A stretch of 64,000 bases of DNA. Origin: Thermoanaerobaculia bacterium (GTDB lineage: Bacteria; Acidobacteriota; Thermoanaerobaculia; Multivoradales; Multivoraceae). The stretch lies in the NCBI GenBank assembly GCA_963664405.1, contig OY761158.1, forward strand, positions 3,488,001 to 3,552,000, given 5' to 3'. The position numbers were made by a program, and so were the translations under genes. The notes under the pieces are model-generated. The model saw only the letters and a list, made by a program, of their open reading frames with translations, was not told the DNA's origin and did not search any database. Positions within the stretch are counted from its first letter, which is position 1, and every line of letters begins with the position of its first letter. Shown here one piece after another: positions 37,215 to 46,567 of this stretch.

Positions 37215-38519
37215 ATGCCCGGCCGTGTTCTTGTCGTCGAGGATCGAGACAGCCTTCGCAAGCTGGTAGTGCGGGCCCTCGAGGAGGAGGGCTTCGACGT
37301 CGACTCAGCTGCCGATGGCGAAGAGGCTCGCGACCTGATCACAGGGTCGAGCTACCAGCTCGTATTGACCGATCTCAAGCTTCCAGGTGCGTCAGGGCTG
37401 GAAGTTCTCGAGACGAGTAAGCGAGCACAACCCGACACTCCAGTGGTGGTTCTGACGGCGTTCGGATCCGTCGGCGCTGCGGTCGAGGCGATGAAGTTGG
37501 GAGCGGCTGACTTCCTCGAAAAGCCGATCGAGCTCGATGAGCTGGTCGCTCGCGTCGGCGCTTGGATCGCTCGTGAAACCGATATCTCGGGTCTCGAGCT
37601 TCCGGATGGTCGGATGATCGTGGGTAGGCACCCGGGGGTCAAGGCCGCGCTGCGAATGCTCGAAAGGGTGGCGGCGGCAGAGACCACGGTGCTGCTACTG
37701 GGAGAGAGCGGGACCGGAAAGGAGCTCTTTGCCCAGGCACTCCACCAGCGATCCCCTCGAGTTGAAGGTCCTTTCGTAGCGGTGAATTGCGCGGCGATCC
37801 CCGAGACCCTGATCGAGAACGAGCTCTTCGGTCATGAGAAAGGCGCATTCACCGGGGCCAATCGGCGAGAGCCAGGTCGCTTCGAGCTTGCGAGAGGAGG
37901 CACACTTCTACTCGACGAGATCGGTGAATTGCCGCTGTCGGTTCAGGGAAAGGTCCTGCGTGTTTTGGAGGAGCGCACCTTCGAGAGGGTTGGAAGCGGC
38001 ACACCTATCGAGGCCGACGTGCGCCTCGTTGCCGCGACCAATCGGGACTTGGAGTCGATGATCGGCGAAGGCAGATTTCGCTCCGACTTGTTCTTCAGGC
38101 TCGATGTCTTCCCGATCGAGATTCCTCCCCTCCGCGACCGCGCGTCCGACATACCTGCGCTTGCGAGGCATACGCTGAAGGGTCTGGCTGCCCGCCATGG
38201 TGTGGGAGAGCCTCGCGTTACCCGAGGTGCAGAAGAGCTGTTGATGGATCAACCGTGGCCCGGCAATGTGCGTCAGCTATCGAATGTACTGGAGCGCGCA
38301 CTGATTCTGGACGACAGCGGCGTCATCGATGCTCCCAGCTTGCGCGAGATTCTCGGTCCCGCCATCGAGGCCCAGGAGAAGGAGCGCGTTCGCCTCGCGC
38401 TCGAGCAGACGAATGGAGACAAACGACAGGCGGCGCTTGTCCTCGGTGTTAGTTACCGCACCCTGCAGCGGAGAGTGAACGACTTCGATCTCGAAGGCTA
38501 TCCGAAGTATCGCTCGTGA
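37215..38519 (+). CDS. Sigma54-dependent response regulator (NtrC/PilR-like)
   Basis: Receiver domain (VVED, TDLKLP, KP), GESGTGKE, GAFTGA, WPGNVRQL, Fis-type HTH. Confidence 0.93.
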   Translation: MPGRVLVVEDRDSLRKLVVRALEEEGFDVDSAADGEEARDLITGSSYQLVLTDLKLPGASGLEVLETSKRAQPDTPVVVLTAFGSVGAAVEAMKLGAADFLEKPIELDELVARVGAWIARETDISGLELPDGRMIVGRHPGVKAALRMLERVAAAETTVLLLGESGTGKELFAQALHQRSPRVEGPFVAVNCAAIPETLIENELFGHEKGAFTGANRREPGRFELARGGTLLLDEIGELPLSVQGKVLRVLEERTFERVGSGTPIEADVRLVAATNRDLESMIGEGRFRSDLFFRLDVFPIEIPPLRDRASDIPALARHTLKGLAARHGVGEPRVTRGAEELLMDQPWPGNVRQLSNVLERALILDDSGVIDAPSLREILGPAIEAQEKERVRLALEQTNGDKRQAALVLGVSYRTLQRRVNDFDLEGYPKYRS

Positions 38520-38559
38520 AGAAGTGAAAGACCAAGAGAGTGAGGAGTTCGGCGTAATC

Positions 38560-38690
38560 TCTTTCCGGCTCCCTCCTCCCCTATTCCCCTAGCTCACACT
38601 GCCTACTCTTCATTCTCTTATTCTCCTACTCTCCTGCCCTACTCTCCTACTCTCTTACTCTCTTACTCTTCACTTCTCCCTCCCCCCCAA
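38560..38690. repeat. Pyrimidine-rich imperfect octamer tandem repeat (YTAYTCTC)n
   Basis: ...ttattctc ctactctc ctgcc ctactctc ctactctc ttactctc ttactctt cacttctc... Confidence 0.8.
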
Positions 38691-40433
38691 CCTCCACTAG
38701 GCTCGAGGGCGGAAAGTGAATCGAGGCGCAAGCTCCGCCGCCTTCCCGGTCTTGGATCTCCAATGTTGCTCCGTGCAAGTCGAGGATGCGCTGGGCGAGA
38801 GCCAGACCGAGACCTACACCCTTCTCCTTGTTCGACGCGAAGGGCACGAACAGCCTGCCCTCCATCTCCGGTTGCCGCGATCTCGAATGGCGACGGTTGG
38901 TCCCGAGGAAGGGTAGTCGAGGGCTACTTCCAACTCCTCGTTCTGATGCGCGTTTTCCTCCTCCGCCTCCGCCGCGTTGTTGAGGAGATTGCGAAGCGCT
39001 CGCTCGAGAAGTTGGGAGTCACCCCAGACCCGAGGCACTCGACTCCCCGATCCACTCCCCGTCGAGTGCACGCGCACAGATTTGCCCGCGACGGCCAGGT
39101 CTGAAGCCGCTCGGCGTACCACTTTCTCCAGACTCACCTCGGAGAGACGGATACTGCCTGGTCGTGCGAAGGAAAGGAAGTCTTCGAGAATACGTTGGAG
39201 ATGATCCGCTTCGTGGCGGATCTCCGCCAGCTCGCTAGAGACTGCTGACGCGTCATCTCGCCGCTGCGCCAACGACAGATACCCGCTCAGTGAGGTCAAG
39301 CTGTTTCTCATCTCGTGCGCGATGCCGGCAGTGAGCTCCCCCATCTGAGCGAGGCTTCTTGCCAGCTGGCGTTGCTCGGCCTTGCGCTGCACGTCTGTGA
39401 GGTCGGCGAAGAGCACGAGGTAGCCGCGGATCACTCCAGTGTCCCGGCGCAATTCGTGCACCGTGAGGCCCAGGCTCGTGCTCTGATCTTCCCCTTCCAA
39501 CAAGATCTCCGAGCGAGGTGCAACGCCGTCGCCGGCGAGAGCCTTGCTGAGGAGGGAGGTGAGCTCCGGCCGTGCCGCAAAGACTTCTTGGTAGGACCGG
39601 CCAGGGGTGGGGGCGTCCAGGCCGAGGAGGTCGCAGCCGAGAGCGTTGAGCGAAAAGATGTTTCCCTCCGGGCTGAGTATCAGGACGCCGCAATCCAAAT
39701 TCGGCGTCAGGGTCCTACCCAGCACGTGGATGTCGTCCTCGTTCTCGTCTGAGTTGCTCAGCGCGGCGAGGGCGCGGTCGAAGGTTTCGAGCAAGAAGGG
39801 AAGCTCATCGGCGTTCTCGTCTGTTGTCGGAACCGCCGCCCGCGCTCGCTCGACCAGTTTGTCGAGGGGGGCGAGTAGGTGTCGAACAGACAAAGCGGAG
39901 AGCAGGATCACGCCGACGATCAAGACGCCCATCAGAGCGGTCAGGCGCCTTACGTTGGCGAGCTCGCGAGCCAACCCGATGGCACGAAGATCCAAGCGCA
40001 GGTATTGACGGGCCTCGGGCGGGCCGAGCGGGGCAAAGGCGATGACCCTTGCTCCCGAGTCGTCGTCGGGTCCGAAGGCCAATGGGGCAGCTGGCGCCAG
40101 CCCTTCCAAAGGTCCCAAGATCTTACCGGGCGGGAGGTCGCCGCCACTGAGCGCTATCGTTCCGTCGGCGTTGATCAGAGTAATGGCAAGCGCACGCGGG
40201 AACAGGGCGCGGACCCGTGAGAAGTCAGCGTCAAGGCTGCGAGCTCCCGCGAGACGAGCCGCGGCGAGGCGAGCGTCCGAAATGGCTCCCGCGTGACTCT
40301 CCCCTAGAAAAGTGTCCACCCCCCTCCGGTAGGAGAGAAGGGTGAAGATAGCCAGGATGACGAGGACCAGCAGTGTGGTTGGCAACAGGATCGAGATCTC
40401 TCTGCGGAACCCGATCTTGGACGCGCTCTTCAT
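38647..40433 (-). pseudogene. PAS-domain sensor histidine kinase (PilS-like), frameshifted in the G1 box near 38870
   Basis: H-box GIAHEMRNSL, N-box LRNLLNNA, then IRDRG; the F and G2 boxes (LFVPF...GVGLGL) are in another frame (38647-38865). Confidence 0.85.
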
Positions 40434-41206
40434 GGGAAGAATGAGAGGTACCAAGCGAAGAGAGCCGGGGCGAAGAAGAGAGAGACGATGGCGCCGATAG
40501 CGAGAAAGACCCCGAAGGGAAGTCTCGACCGCATTTGGATCTTTCCCCTCACCATCAGCGCCAAGCCGACCAGGCTACCGAAGAGGGTGCTGATGAAGAG
40601 AGTAAGAGCGACGCCTCGTAGGCCCAGGAAAGCCCCAATCATTGCGAGCATCTTGACATCTCCCAGGCCGAAGCCTTGCACCCGGCGCAGCAGCCACCAG
40701 AGCCCGTTCATGCCGAGGATGATCCCGGCTCCCGCGGCCGCGCCCAAGGCAGCCGACGTAAGGCTGGTCCAGCCGATGAGAGGTTGGAGGGCGAGACCGA
40801 TGATGATGCCGGGAAGCGTGATGCGATCGGGCAGCACGAAGTGTTCGGCGTCGATAAAGGCGAGAGCGATCATCAGACTGCCGAAGAGCGCCGCGATGAC
40901 TGCCTCCCAAGACGGCCCAAAGCTGAGGAAGGCGCCGGCGAAGAGTACGCCGGTGGTGGCCTCGATCAGCGGGTATTGCCATCCGATCGGCGCACTGCAG
41001 TCTCTGCAGCGACCCCGTAGAAGCAGAAAGCTGAGTAACGGGATGTTGTCTCTGAGCCGGACCGAATGCTCGCAGAACGGGCAGCGAGATACCGGCATAA
41101 TCGTAGATAGGCCGCGCGGAAGGCGATGGATGACGACATTCAAGTAGCTCCCCACGGCGAGGCCCGTAAGCAGGAAGTACAAGAAGAGCGGCGATTGCTG
41201 GAGCAA
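40430..41206 (-). CDS. pilD: Prepilin peptidase / N-methyltransferase
   Basis: GSYLNVVIHRLP, SRCPFC...GRCRDC, IDAEHFVLPD, GLGDVK, LPFGVFLA. Confidence 0.95.
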   Translation of the reverse strand: MLQQSPLFLYFLLTGLAVGSYLNVVIHRLPRGLSTIMPVSRCPFCEHSVRLRDNIPLLSFLLLRGRCRDCSAPIGWQYPLIEATTGVLFAGAFLSFGPSWEAVIAALFGSLMIALAFIDAEHFVLPDRITLPGIIIGLALQPLIGWTSLTSAALGAAAGAGIILGMNGLWWLLRRVQGFGLGDVKMLAMIGAFLGLRGVALTLFISTLFGSLVGLALMVRGKIQMRSRLPFGVFLAIGAIVSLFFAPALFAWYLSFFP

Positions 41207-41217
41207 TTTGGAATCGA

Positions 41218-42639
41218 TCAGCCAGCGGCACAGGCCTGGACGACTTCACGCATGGTCTCGAGCCCTTGCCGGAATTTCTGAACCGGAATGCTCTCGTCGG
41301 CGCCATGAATGCCCCGCACCTCATTGCCGTTTAGCACGAAAGGAGAGAATCCATAAGCGGGAATTCCGCGTTCTCGAAAGTAGCGGGAGTCAGTCGTGCC
41401 AGTTATGAACGAGGGCACCAGGGGTGCCTGTACGCCAAGCACCTCCGTGAGAGTTCGATAGGTAGCGGAATCTGTTGGTGAAGGGGACGCTACTGGAGAG
41501 GTCAAAAGTACCTCTATCGAAGGAGAGCGCCCCAATCCTTTCCTGATGATGGCGAGCATTTCTTCGACCGGTGTATCCGGTAGGAGGCGGATGTCCAGAA
41601 GCGCCGAAGCCGCCGCGGGGACGACGTTGATCGTGTTGGTAGGTGTCTCGATCGAAGTGACCTGGAGCGTGTCCTGGAAGAACGCGATCATTCCAGGCAG
41701 GAGCACCTGCCCACTGCGCCCCTCCCTCATCATGCGCTGAAACTCTCTCTCGACTGTCGAGAGATCAGGGCCGCCGAAGACCTCTCTGAAGGCCTCTCCG
41801 TGGAAGTCGGCGAGAGCCCCGAAGTAGTCTCTGGCTGCGACGGTGACACGCGGAGGAGGCAGCTCTTTGAGCACCTTTTCAAGGCCCGCGAGCAGTTGAT
41901 GCACGGCACTCATGGGGTTGAAGGTCGAGCCGTGGCCACCGCGACCTCTTGTCTCCACGCGAAGCCATAGCGGCCGCTTCTGAGCGACTTCGATTCCCCA
42001 CCAGCCCAATCTCTCACCGGAGGCGCGATTACTGCCGCCCTCGTTCAGCACGCTAGTCACACCCTCGAAGAGATCCGCGTGCTCTTCCAATAGCCACTTG
42101 GTGCCGCGGCTTCCACCGGTCTCCTCATCCGCTACCGCCAGGAAAATGACGTCTCGCTTGAGAGTGGTCTGTTGGCGTTTCAGGTCGATCAGCGCGGCCA
42201 GATGACTTACTCCCAGGCTCTTTGAATCGATGGCTCCTCGCCCCCACATTCTTCCTTCGTCGATCTCGGCCGCCCATGGGTTTCGAGTCCAGCCGTCTCC
42301 CGCCGGTACTACATCCATGTGGTGAAGCAGGACGAGGGCCCCCTCGCGAGCCTCTGCGGCCGCAAGACGGGCGTAGAGATTGACTCGCCCCTCAGGGGTG
42401 ACGAGGAGCCTGGTGGAGATCCCCTCCTGGTGGAGGATCCTGGCCAGATATGAAGCCGCGAGGCTTTCGTTTCCTGGCGGGTTCGAGGTGTCGACCTGGA
42501 GATAGCCGCCGAGCCACTCGACCGCCTCGTCCATAGTATGGGGAGGAGCGCCATTTTTGGGAGCGGCGGACAGGGCAGCGCTGGCTAGGAGAAAGGCGAG
42601 GCCGATCGCCGGATGTCGATGTTTAAACGCCGCCAGCAT
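41218..42639 (-). CDS. Exported M20/M25/M40 metallo-hydrolase
   Basis: Signal peptide; HHMDVVP, GRGAIDSK, ADEE, NEGG, GHGS, IHGADE. Confidence 0.9.
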   Translation of the reverse strand: MLAAFKHRHPAIGLAFLLASAALSAAPKNGAPPHTMDEAVEWLGGYLQVDTSNPPGNESLAASYLARILHQEGISTRLLVTPEGRVNLYARLAAAEAREGALVLLHHMDVVPAGDGWTRNPWAAEIDEGRMWGRGAIDSKSLGVSHLAALIDLKRQQTTLKRDVIFLAVADEETGGSRGTKWLLEEHADLFEGVTSVLNEGGSNRASGERLGWWGIEVAQKRPLWLRVETRGRGGHGSTFNPMSAVHQLLAGLEKVLKELPPPRVTVAARDYFGALADFHGEAFREVFGGPDLSTVEREFQRMMREGRSGQVLLPGMIAFFQDTLQVTSIETPTNTINVVPAAASALLDIRLLPDTPVEEMLAIIRKGLGRSPSIEVLLTSPVASPSPTDSATYRTLTEVLGVQAPLVPSFITGTTDSRYFRERGIPAYGFSPFVLNGNEVRGIHGADESIPVQKFRQGLETMREVVQACAAG

Positions 42640-42653
42640 CGCGGAATCCTAGC

Positions 42654-42686
42654 AAAAAGAAAGGCGCCGCCCGAAGGCGGCGCCTT
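42654..42686 (-). terminator. Rho-independent terminator downstream of the pilin
   Basis: Minus strand AAGGCGCCGCC-TTCG-GGCGGCGCCTT followed by TCTTTTT; C(UUCG)G loop. Confidence 0.88.
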
Positions 42687-42724
42687 GGCTGCTTGGGCAT
42701 ATGCCCAGCAAGCTCGGGGTAGCT

Positions 42725-43312
42725 TTATTGGGTGGTGGCGTTCACGCCGCCAGGAGCGCGCACGAAGTAGCCATCCGTCCAGACGATGTCCTGATCGTAA
42801 TCGGTGCCGATGAAGACGCCAGGCGTGTAGTCACCACCAGCGCTCTCGTCTCCGTCTCGCCCCAAGCTACGAATGCCGATTGCGCGGGGGGAGGTGAGCA
42901 AGGTTGTGTAGGGACCGGCGGCAGCAAAGCTGGCGCGGAAATCGAACCCTCGGCCCCAACCGTCGTTCGTGGGCAGGTCTTGCAGGTAGAAGAAACGCTC
43001 GTCATTGGGCTGCTCGAGAAGAGCAACGAGACCAGCATGCGGGATGTCGTTGGCAAGATCAGTTGCCCAGGTCATACTCTGGGCGACGGCGCCGGCAGAT
43101 CCCGCTGACATCTGGTCTGTGACCCAAGACATCCAAGCAGTACCGATGTTACGAATGTCTCCAACAGTAGCCTTCTGTTTGGCCTTCTGGAGAGCGTCGA
43201 GCAGATTCGGAATCAAGATCGCCGCGATGATACCGATGATGGCCACGACGATGAGGAGCTCGATGAGGGTGAAACCTCTCTGGCCCCTACGTTTTGCGAG
43301 TCTCATTAGCAT
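42725..43312 (-). CDS. Type IV pilin / GspG-like major pseudopilin
   Basis: Class III signal QRG|FTLIELLIVVAIIGIIAAILIP; DGWG...IRSLGRDG...DIV; AGGAGG 8 nt before ATG 43312. Confidence 0.92.
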   Translation of the reverse strand: MLMRLAKRRGQRGFTLIELLIVVAIIGIIAAILIPNLLDALQKAKQKATVGDIRNIGTAWMSWVTDQMSAGSAGAVAQSMTWATDLANDIPHAGLVALLEQPNDERFFYLQDLPTNDGWGRGFDFRASFAAAGPYTTLLTSPRAIGIRSLGRDGDESAGGDYTPGVFIGTDYDQDIVWTDGYFVRAPGGVNATTQ

Positions 43313-43368
43313 TAACAATTCCTCCTAACCCTTCCACGGCCTATTCCGTGATGTTTGAGCTGGGTTAA

Positions 43369-43385
43369 AGCAGGAAGCGTGCCAA
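43369..43385 (-). promoter_or_regulatory. Sigma54 (-24/-12) promoter of the pilin
   Basis: Minus strand TTGGCACGCTTCCTGCT: TGGCAC plus GG-N10-GC spacing. Confidence 0.85.
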
Positions 43386-43458
43386 CGCGGAAGTCATAGA
43401 GAACAAGGGCCGCCGGCGGGAGCGTGACAAAAAGCGGCAGGGACACAGACGCAGATCG

Positions 43459-44913
43459 TCAACCCGCTTCGGTGGCCAGTCTGCGTAATAGCTCGACGTA
43501 GAGTCTGACGCCGTCCAAGAACCCTGGCAGGGCGATGCCTTCGTTCGGGCCGCCGATGCCGATCGTGTCGGTGGTCAGGACGAGGAAAGGACTGAATCCG
43601 TAGGCAGGGATCCCCGACGCCCGGAAGATGCGGGCATCGCTAGCACTTCGCATCTGGTAATAGGGTCCGTTGGGAACTGGACCGTAGGTGTCGACAAGTG
43701 TGTCGGTGATGGCGTTGAAGATTGGATGTTCGGTGCTGCTTAGGTGATCCGCTCCTTGCCACGGTCGAATGTCGAGATCGACGCCGTGAGTTGCCCACTT
43801 CGGGAGGAGCTCCGCCACCACGGAGTCCAGGTCGGCTCCGGGAAGAAGGGCCAGATTCATCTTCATCTCGAAGCCACCGCCGGCGGAGGGCTCGACAGAG
43901 AAGACCGATATCTCATCCCTGAATAGAGACCTTTGGTAGGGGGCAACGCGAGAAAAGCGCTCCAGATCGCGGGTCAGCCGATTTGGTTCAGCCAACAGCT
44001 CCCGGTGCTCGCTCGCGTCGCGACTCGGTGAGTAGGCAGCGAGAAAGCTTGCAACCTGAGGAGTGACCTCTAGGTTCCCGAGCAAGGGCTGTTGAGTCGC
44101 GAGATCGTAGCGAAGGTCGAGCAGTCGGATCTCGCTGGCGCTGCACGCGATCACTGTTACGTACTTCTTTTGGCCGGTCTCGGTTCCCCAGTATTTGATG
44201 TCGCTCGGCCCTCGTGCCTCGACAACGCCTCCTTCGGTCAGGACGCCCCATGCGCGATCCGCCAGTCCGGGTCGGTTTTGAAGCAGCCATGGCGTTCCCA
44301 GGAAGCTACCTTCTTCTTCGCCGCTGGTGGCCATGAGAATGACCGATCGCCGCAATGGGGTCCCGGAGCGCTTCAGTTCGAGAAAGGCCATGAGCTGGGC
44401 GATCGCGACGCTCTTCATGTCGAAGGCGCCTCGCCCGTAGATCCATGGCGGCTCGATACGGCCGCTAAAGGGCTCGAAAACCCACTTCTCGGGTTCATCG
44501 ATCGGCTCTACATCGATGTGGCTGTGAAGGATCAGAGCCTCTTTGCTTTCTCCCTCGAGGATCGCGATCAGATTCGCTTCGCGACTCGACATCTTGACGA
44601 TTTCGCTCTCGATACCATCTCCTGCTAAGACCGCGGCAAGGTACTCAGCCCCGGCTACCTCGCTGCCGGTTGCTTTTGTAGTGTCGATTTGCAGGTATTC
44701 CTGCAGGAGCCTCACTTCCTCCAAGTCGAGGTAAGCCTGCGGCCGCCAGCCGAGTTCGACTGCTGCTTGAAGTCCGGGGTGGCGAATCGCGATCGTGATC
44801 AAGGCGATCAGAAGCGAAACGACCAGTAGGCTGGCGTAGAGAGAGGCGCGGGCCGAGTTCCTTCGAGCTCTATAGAAGCGGTTCCCAGCCATCAGGATGC
44901 GGAATCGTAGCAT
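43459..44913 (-). CDS. Membrane-anchored M20 metallo-hydrolase (C-terminal His ligand apparently missing)
   Basis: N-terminal TM; HSHIDVEP, GRGAFDMK, GEEE, TEGG; GIGGPNE instead of HxxNE. Confidence 0.85.
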   Translation of the reverse strand: MLRFRILMAGNRFYRARRNSARASLYASLLVVSLLIALITIAIRHPGLQAAVELGWRPQAYLDLEEVRLLQEYLQIDTTKATGSEVAGAEYLAAVLAGDGIESEIVKMSSREANLIAILEGESKEALILHSHIDVEPIDEPEKWVFEPFSGRIEPPWIYGRGAFDMKSVAIAQLMAFLELKRSGTPLRRSVILMATSGEEEGSFLGTPWLLQNRPGLADRAWGVLTEGGVVEARGPSDIKYWGTETGQKKYVTVIACSASEIRLLDLRYDLATQQPLLGNLEVTPQVASFLAAYSPSRDASEHRELLAEPNRLTRDLERFSRVAPYQRSLFRDEISVFSVEPSAGGGFEMKMNLALLPGADLDSVVAELLPKWATHGVDLDIRPWQGADHLSSTEHPIFNAITDTLVDTYGPVPNGPYYQMRSASDARIFRASGIPAYGFSPFLVLTTDTIGIGGPNEGIALPGFLDGVRLYVELLRRLATEAG

Positions 44914-44998
44914 CGCGGCAGTTGCCCTGCCCTGTGTTACGGTTTCGCTGGAGAGAGCTTGACCCTGGAGACCTCACCCCGAAAGGACATTCGCTCTG

Positions 44999-46567
44999 AT
45001 GAAGGGTTCCAGCCGCAGTCGCCTTCTTGTTCTTTTCCTCGCAGGGCTTGTGTGTTGCGGTCTCTACGTAGCTCGCGAGCGGTCGCTCTCGCCGACAGGA
45101 ATGGGCCTTCCCCTCGACGACAGTTGGATTCACCTCCAGTACGCGCGCAATCTGGCGGAGGGGAATGGGCTCTCGTTTCGCCAAGGCCGCCTCATGCCGG
45201 GATCGACCGCTCCGCTGTGGACGGCTCTGGTCTCGATCGCATTCCTGCTTCCCGGCCCAGTACTGCTGTGGATCAAGGCGATGGGAATCGGGTTCTATCT
45301 GGCCGGCGCCGACGCTACGATTCGACTGAGTCGAGAGTTGGGGGTCGGGTCGTGGCTAGCGGCCCTCGCCGGCTTGCTGTTCCTCCTCACCGACGCCATG
45401 GTTTGGTCCGCTCTCTCCGGCATGGAGATCGGTCTCTTTGTTCTTCTGGCGCTGTGGGGCACGATTCTGCATCTACGGGAGAGGCAGTCAGGCTCAGTCG
45501 CTCCGCTGTCCTTGATCCTCTTAGCCGTTTCGTCGCTAGCTAGGCCAGAAGGACTGCTACTCGTCGGGCTGGCGGTCGTGGATAGATGGATTCTTCGATC
45601 ACCGGGGGGCGAGGCGAAGAAGGTGACGAGGCCCGTACTTGTTGCGCTTCTCTGCGCCGCTGCAGTGATCCTCGCCAGCCAGATCTTTAGTTGGATCGCC
45701 ACCGGCTCCCCTTTCCCCACCACCTATTCGGTCAAGACCAGCGGGCTGCAGAGCTTCCTGCCGTCAGTCAGGTTTCTCTACGATGCGTTGGGCATCCTCT
45801 TCCGACCGCACCCCCTACCTGTTCTCTTGGTGGCCGCCGGTGCTCTCGTTCTTGTCGAGCGCTTGGGCAGTCGCCGCGACCGCGGTCTGTTACCTGCTCT
45901 TTGGGTCGGCGGCCTTCCACTTGCCTACTCTCTTCTCGATTCACCCGAGCATCCGATGACCATGGGTAACTTCGGACGTTACTACTTTCCGCTTCTCCCC
46001 TTTGTGATTGTTTTGGGAGCTCTCGCTCTGGATGCGGCGTGGCGGCGCGGCGAGGCAAGCCCATGGCACCTTCGAGCCGCCGCCATCACCGTCGTTCTTG
46101 CCGCTCTTCTCGGTCCGACGATCACAGATCTGTGGCGGGGAGCGAATCGCTACGCACTCAACGTGCGCAACGTGAACCAAAGTGACGTCGCCATGGCGTT
46201 GTGGATGCAGACCCACGTACCTCCGACTGCGCTGGTGGCGGCGCAGGACATCGGCGCGGTCGGCTTTCTGACCCCAAATCCTCTCGTCGACATGACCGGG
46301 ATCACAAATCCCGAGATCCTGCCCTACATCAAAGGCCCTGGCGCGGCCGGGTCTTCAGGAGGACTGGCGGGGCTGGTCCGCTTTCTCGAGCTCCAGCGGC
46401 CCGAATACCTGATGTTCTTTTCTCGGTCGTACCCCGGTTTGCTCGATCTCTTACAGGGTGGGATCGTGCATCGCCTCGCTGTCGAGACGAATATCACCAT
46501 GGCTGGAAGCGATCTCCTACTGGTGAAAGCGACTTGGGCCGAATCCGCCCCTGCTCAGCTGAGATAG
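44999..46567 (+). CDS. GT-C glycosyltransferase, AftB/TfpW-like
   Basis: DDSWIHLQYARNLAEGNG...GSTAPLW after TM1; SGME; RPEG; many TMs; periplasmic GAVGF...VDMTGITNP. Confidence 0.75.
   Translation: MKGSSRSRLLVLFLAGLVCCGLYVARERSLSPTGMGLPLDDSWIHLQYARNLAEGNGLSFRQGRLMPGSTAPLWTALVSIAFLLPGPVLLWIKAMGIGFYLAGADATIRLSRELGVGSWLAALAGLLFLLTDAMVWSALSGMEIGLFVLLALWGTILHLRERQSGSVAPLSLILLAVSSLARPEGLLLVGLAVVDRWILRSPGGEAKKVTRPVLVALLCAAAVILASQIFSWIATGSPFPTTYSVKTSGLQSFLPSVRFLYDALGILFRPHPLPVLLVAAGALVLVERLGSRRDRGLLPALWVGGLPLAYSLLDSPEHPMTMGNFGRYYFPLLPFVIVLGALALDAAWRRGEASPWHLRAAAITVVLAALLGPTITDLWRGANRYALNVRNVNQSDVAMALWMQTHVPPTALVAAQDIGAVGFLTPNPLVDMTGITNPEILPYIKGPGAAGSSGGLAGLVRFLELQRPEYLMFFSRSYPGLLDLLQGGIVHRLAVETNITMAGSDLLLVKATWAESAPAQLR

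Noticed and set aside
38560-38690. CRISPR array
   Set aside because: Only short tandem octamers, with no unique spacers and no cas genes.
42725-43312. Electrically conductive (e-pilin) candidate: 18 F/W/Y in about 182 mature residues
   Set aside because: There is a 45-residue aromatic-free gap between F1 and W47, and the fold looks GspG-like, so it does not fit the usual e-pilin pattern.
43410-43445. PilR enhancer site (TGACAAAAAGCGGCA) upstream of the sigma54 promoter
   Set aside because: Only a weak half-palindrome and unusually close to the -24 element; not supportable without comparative data.
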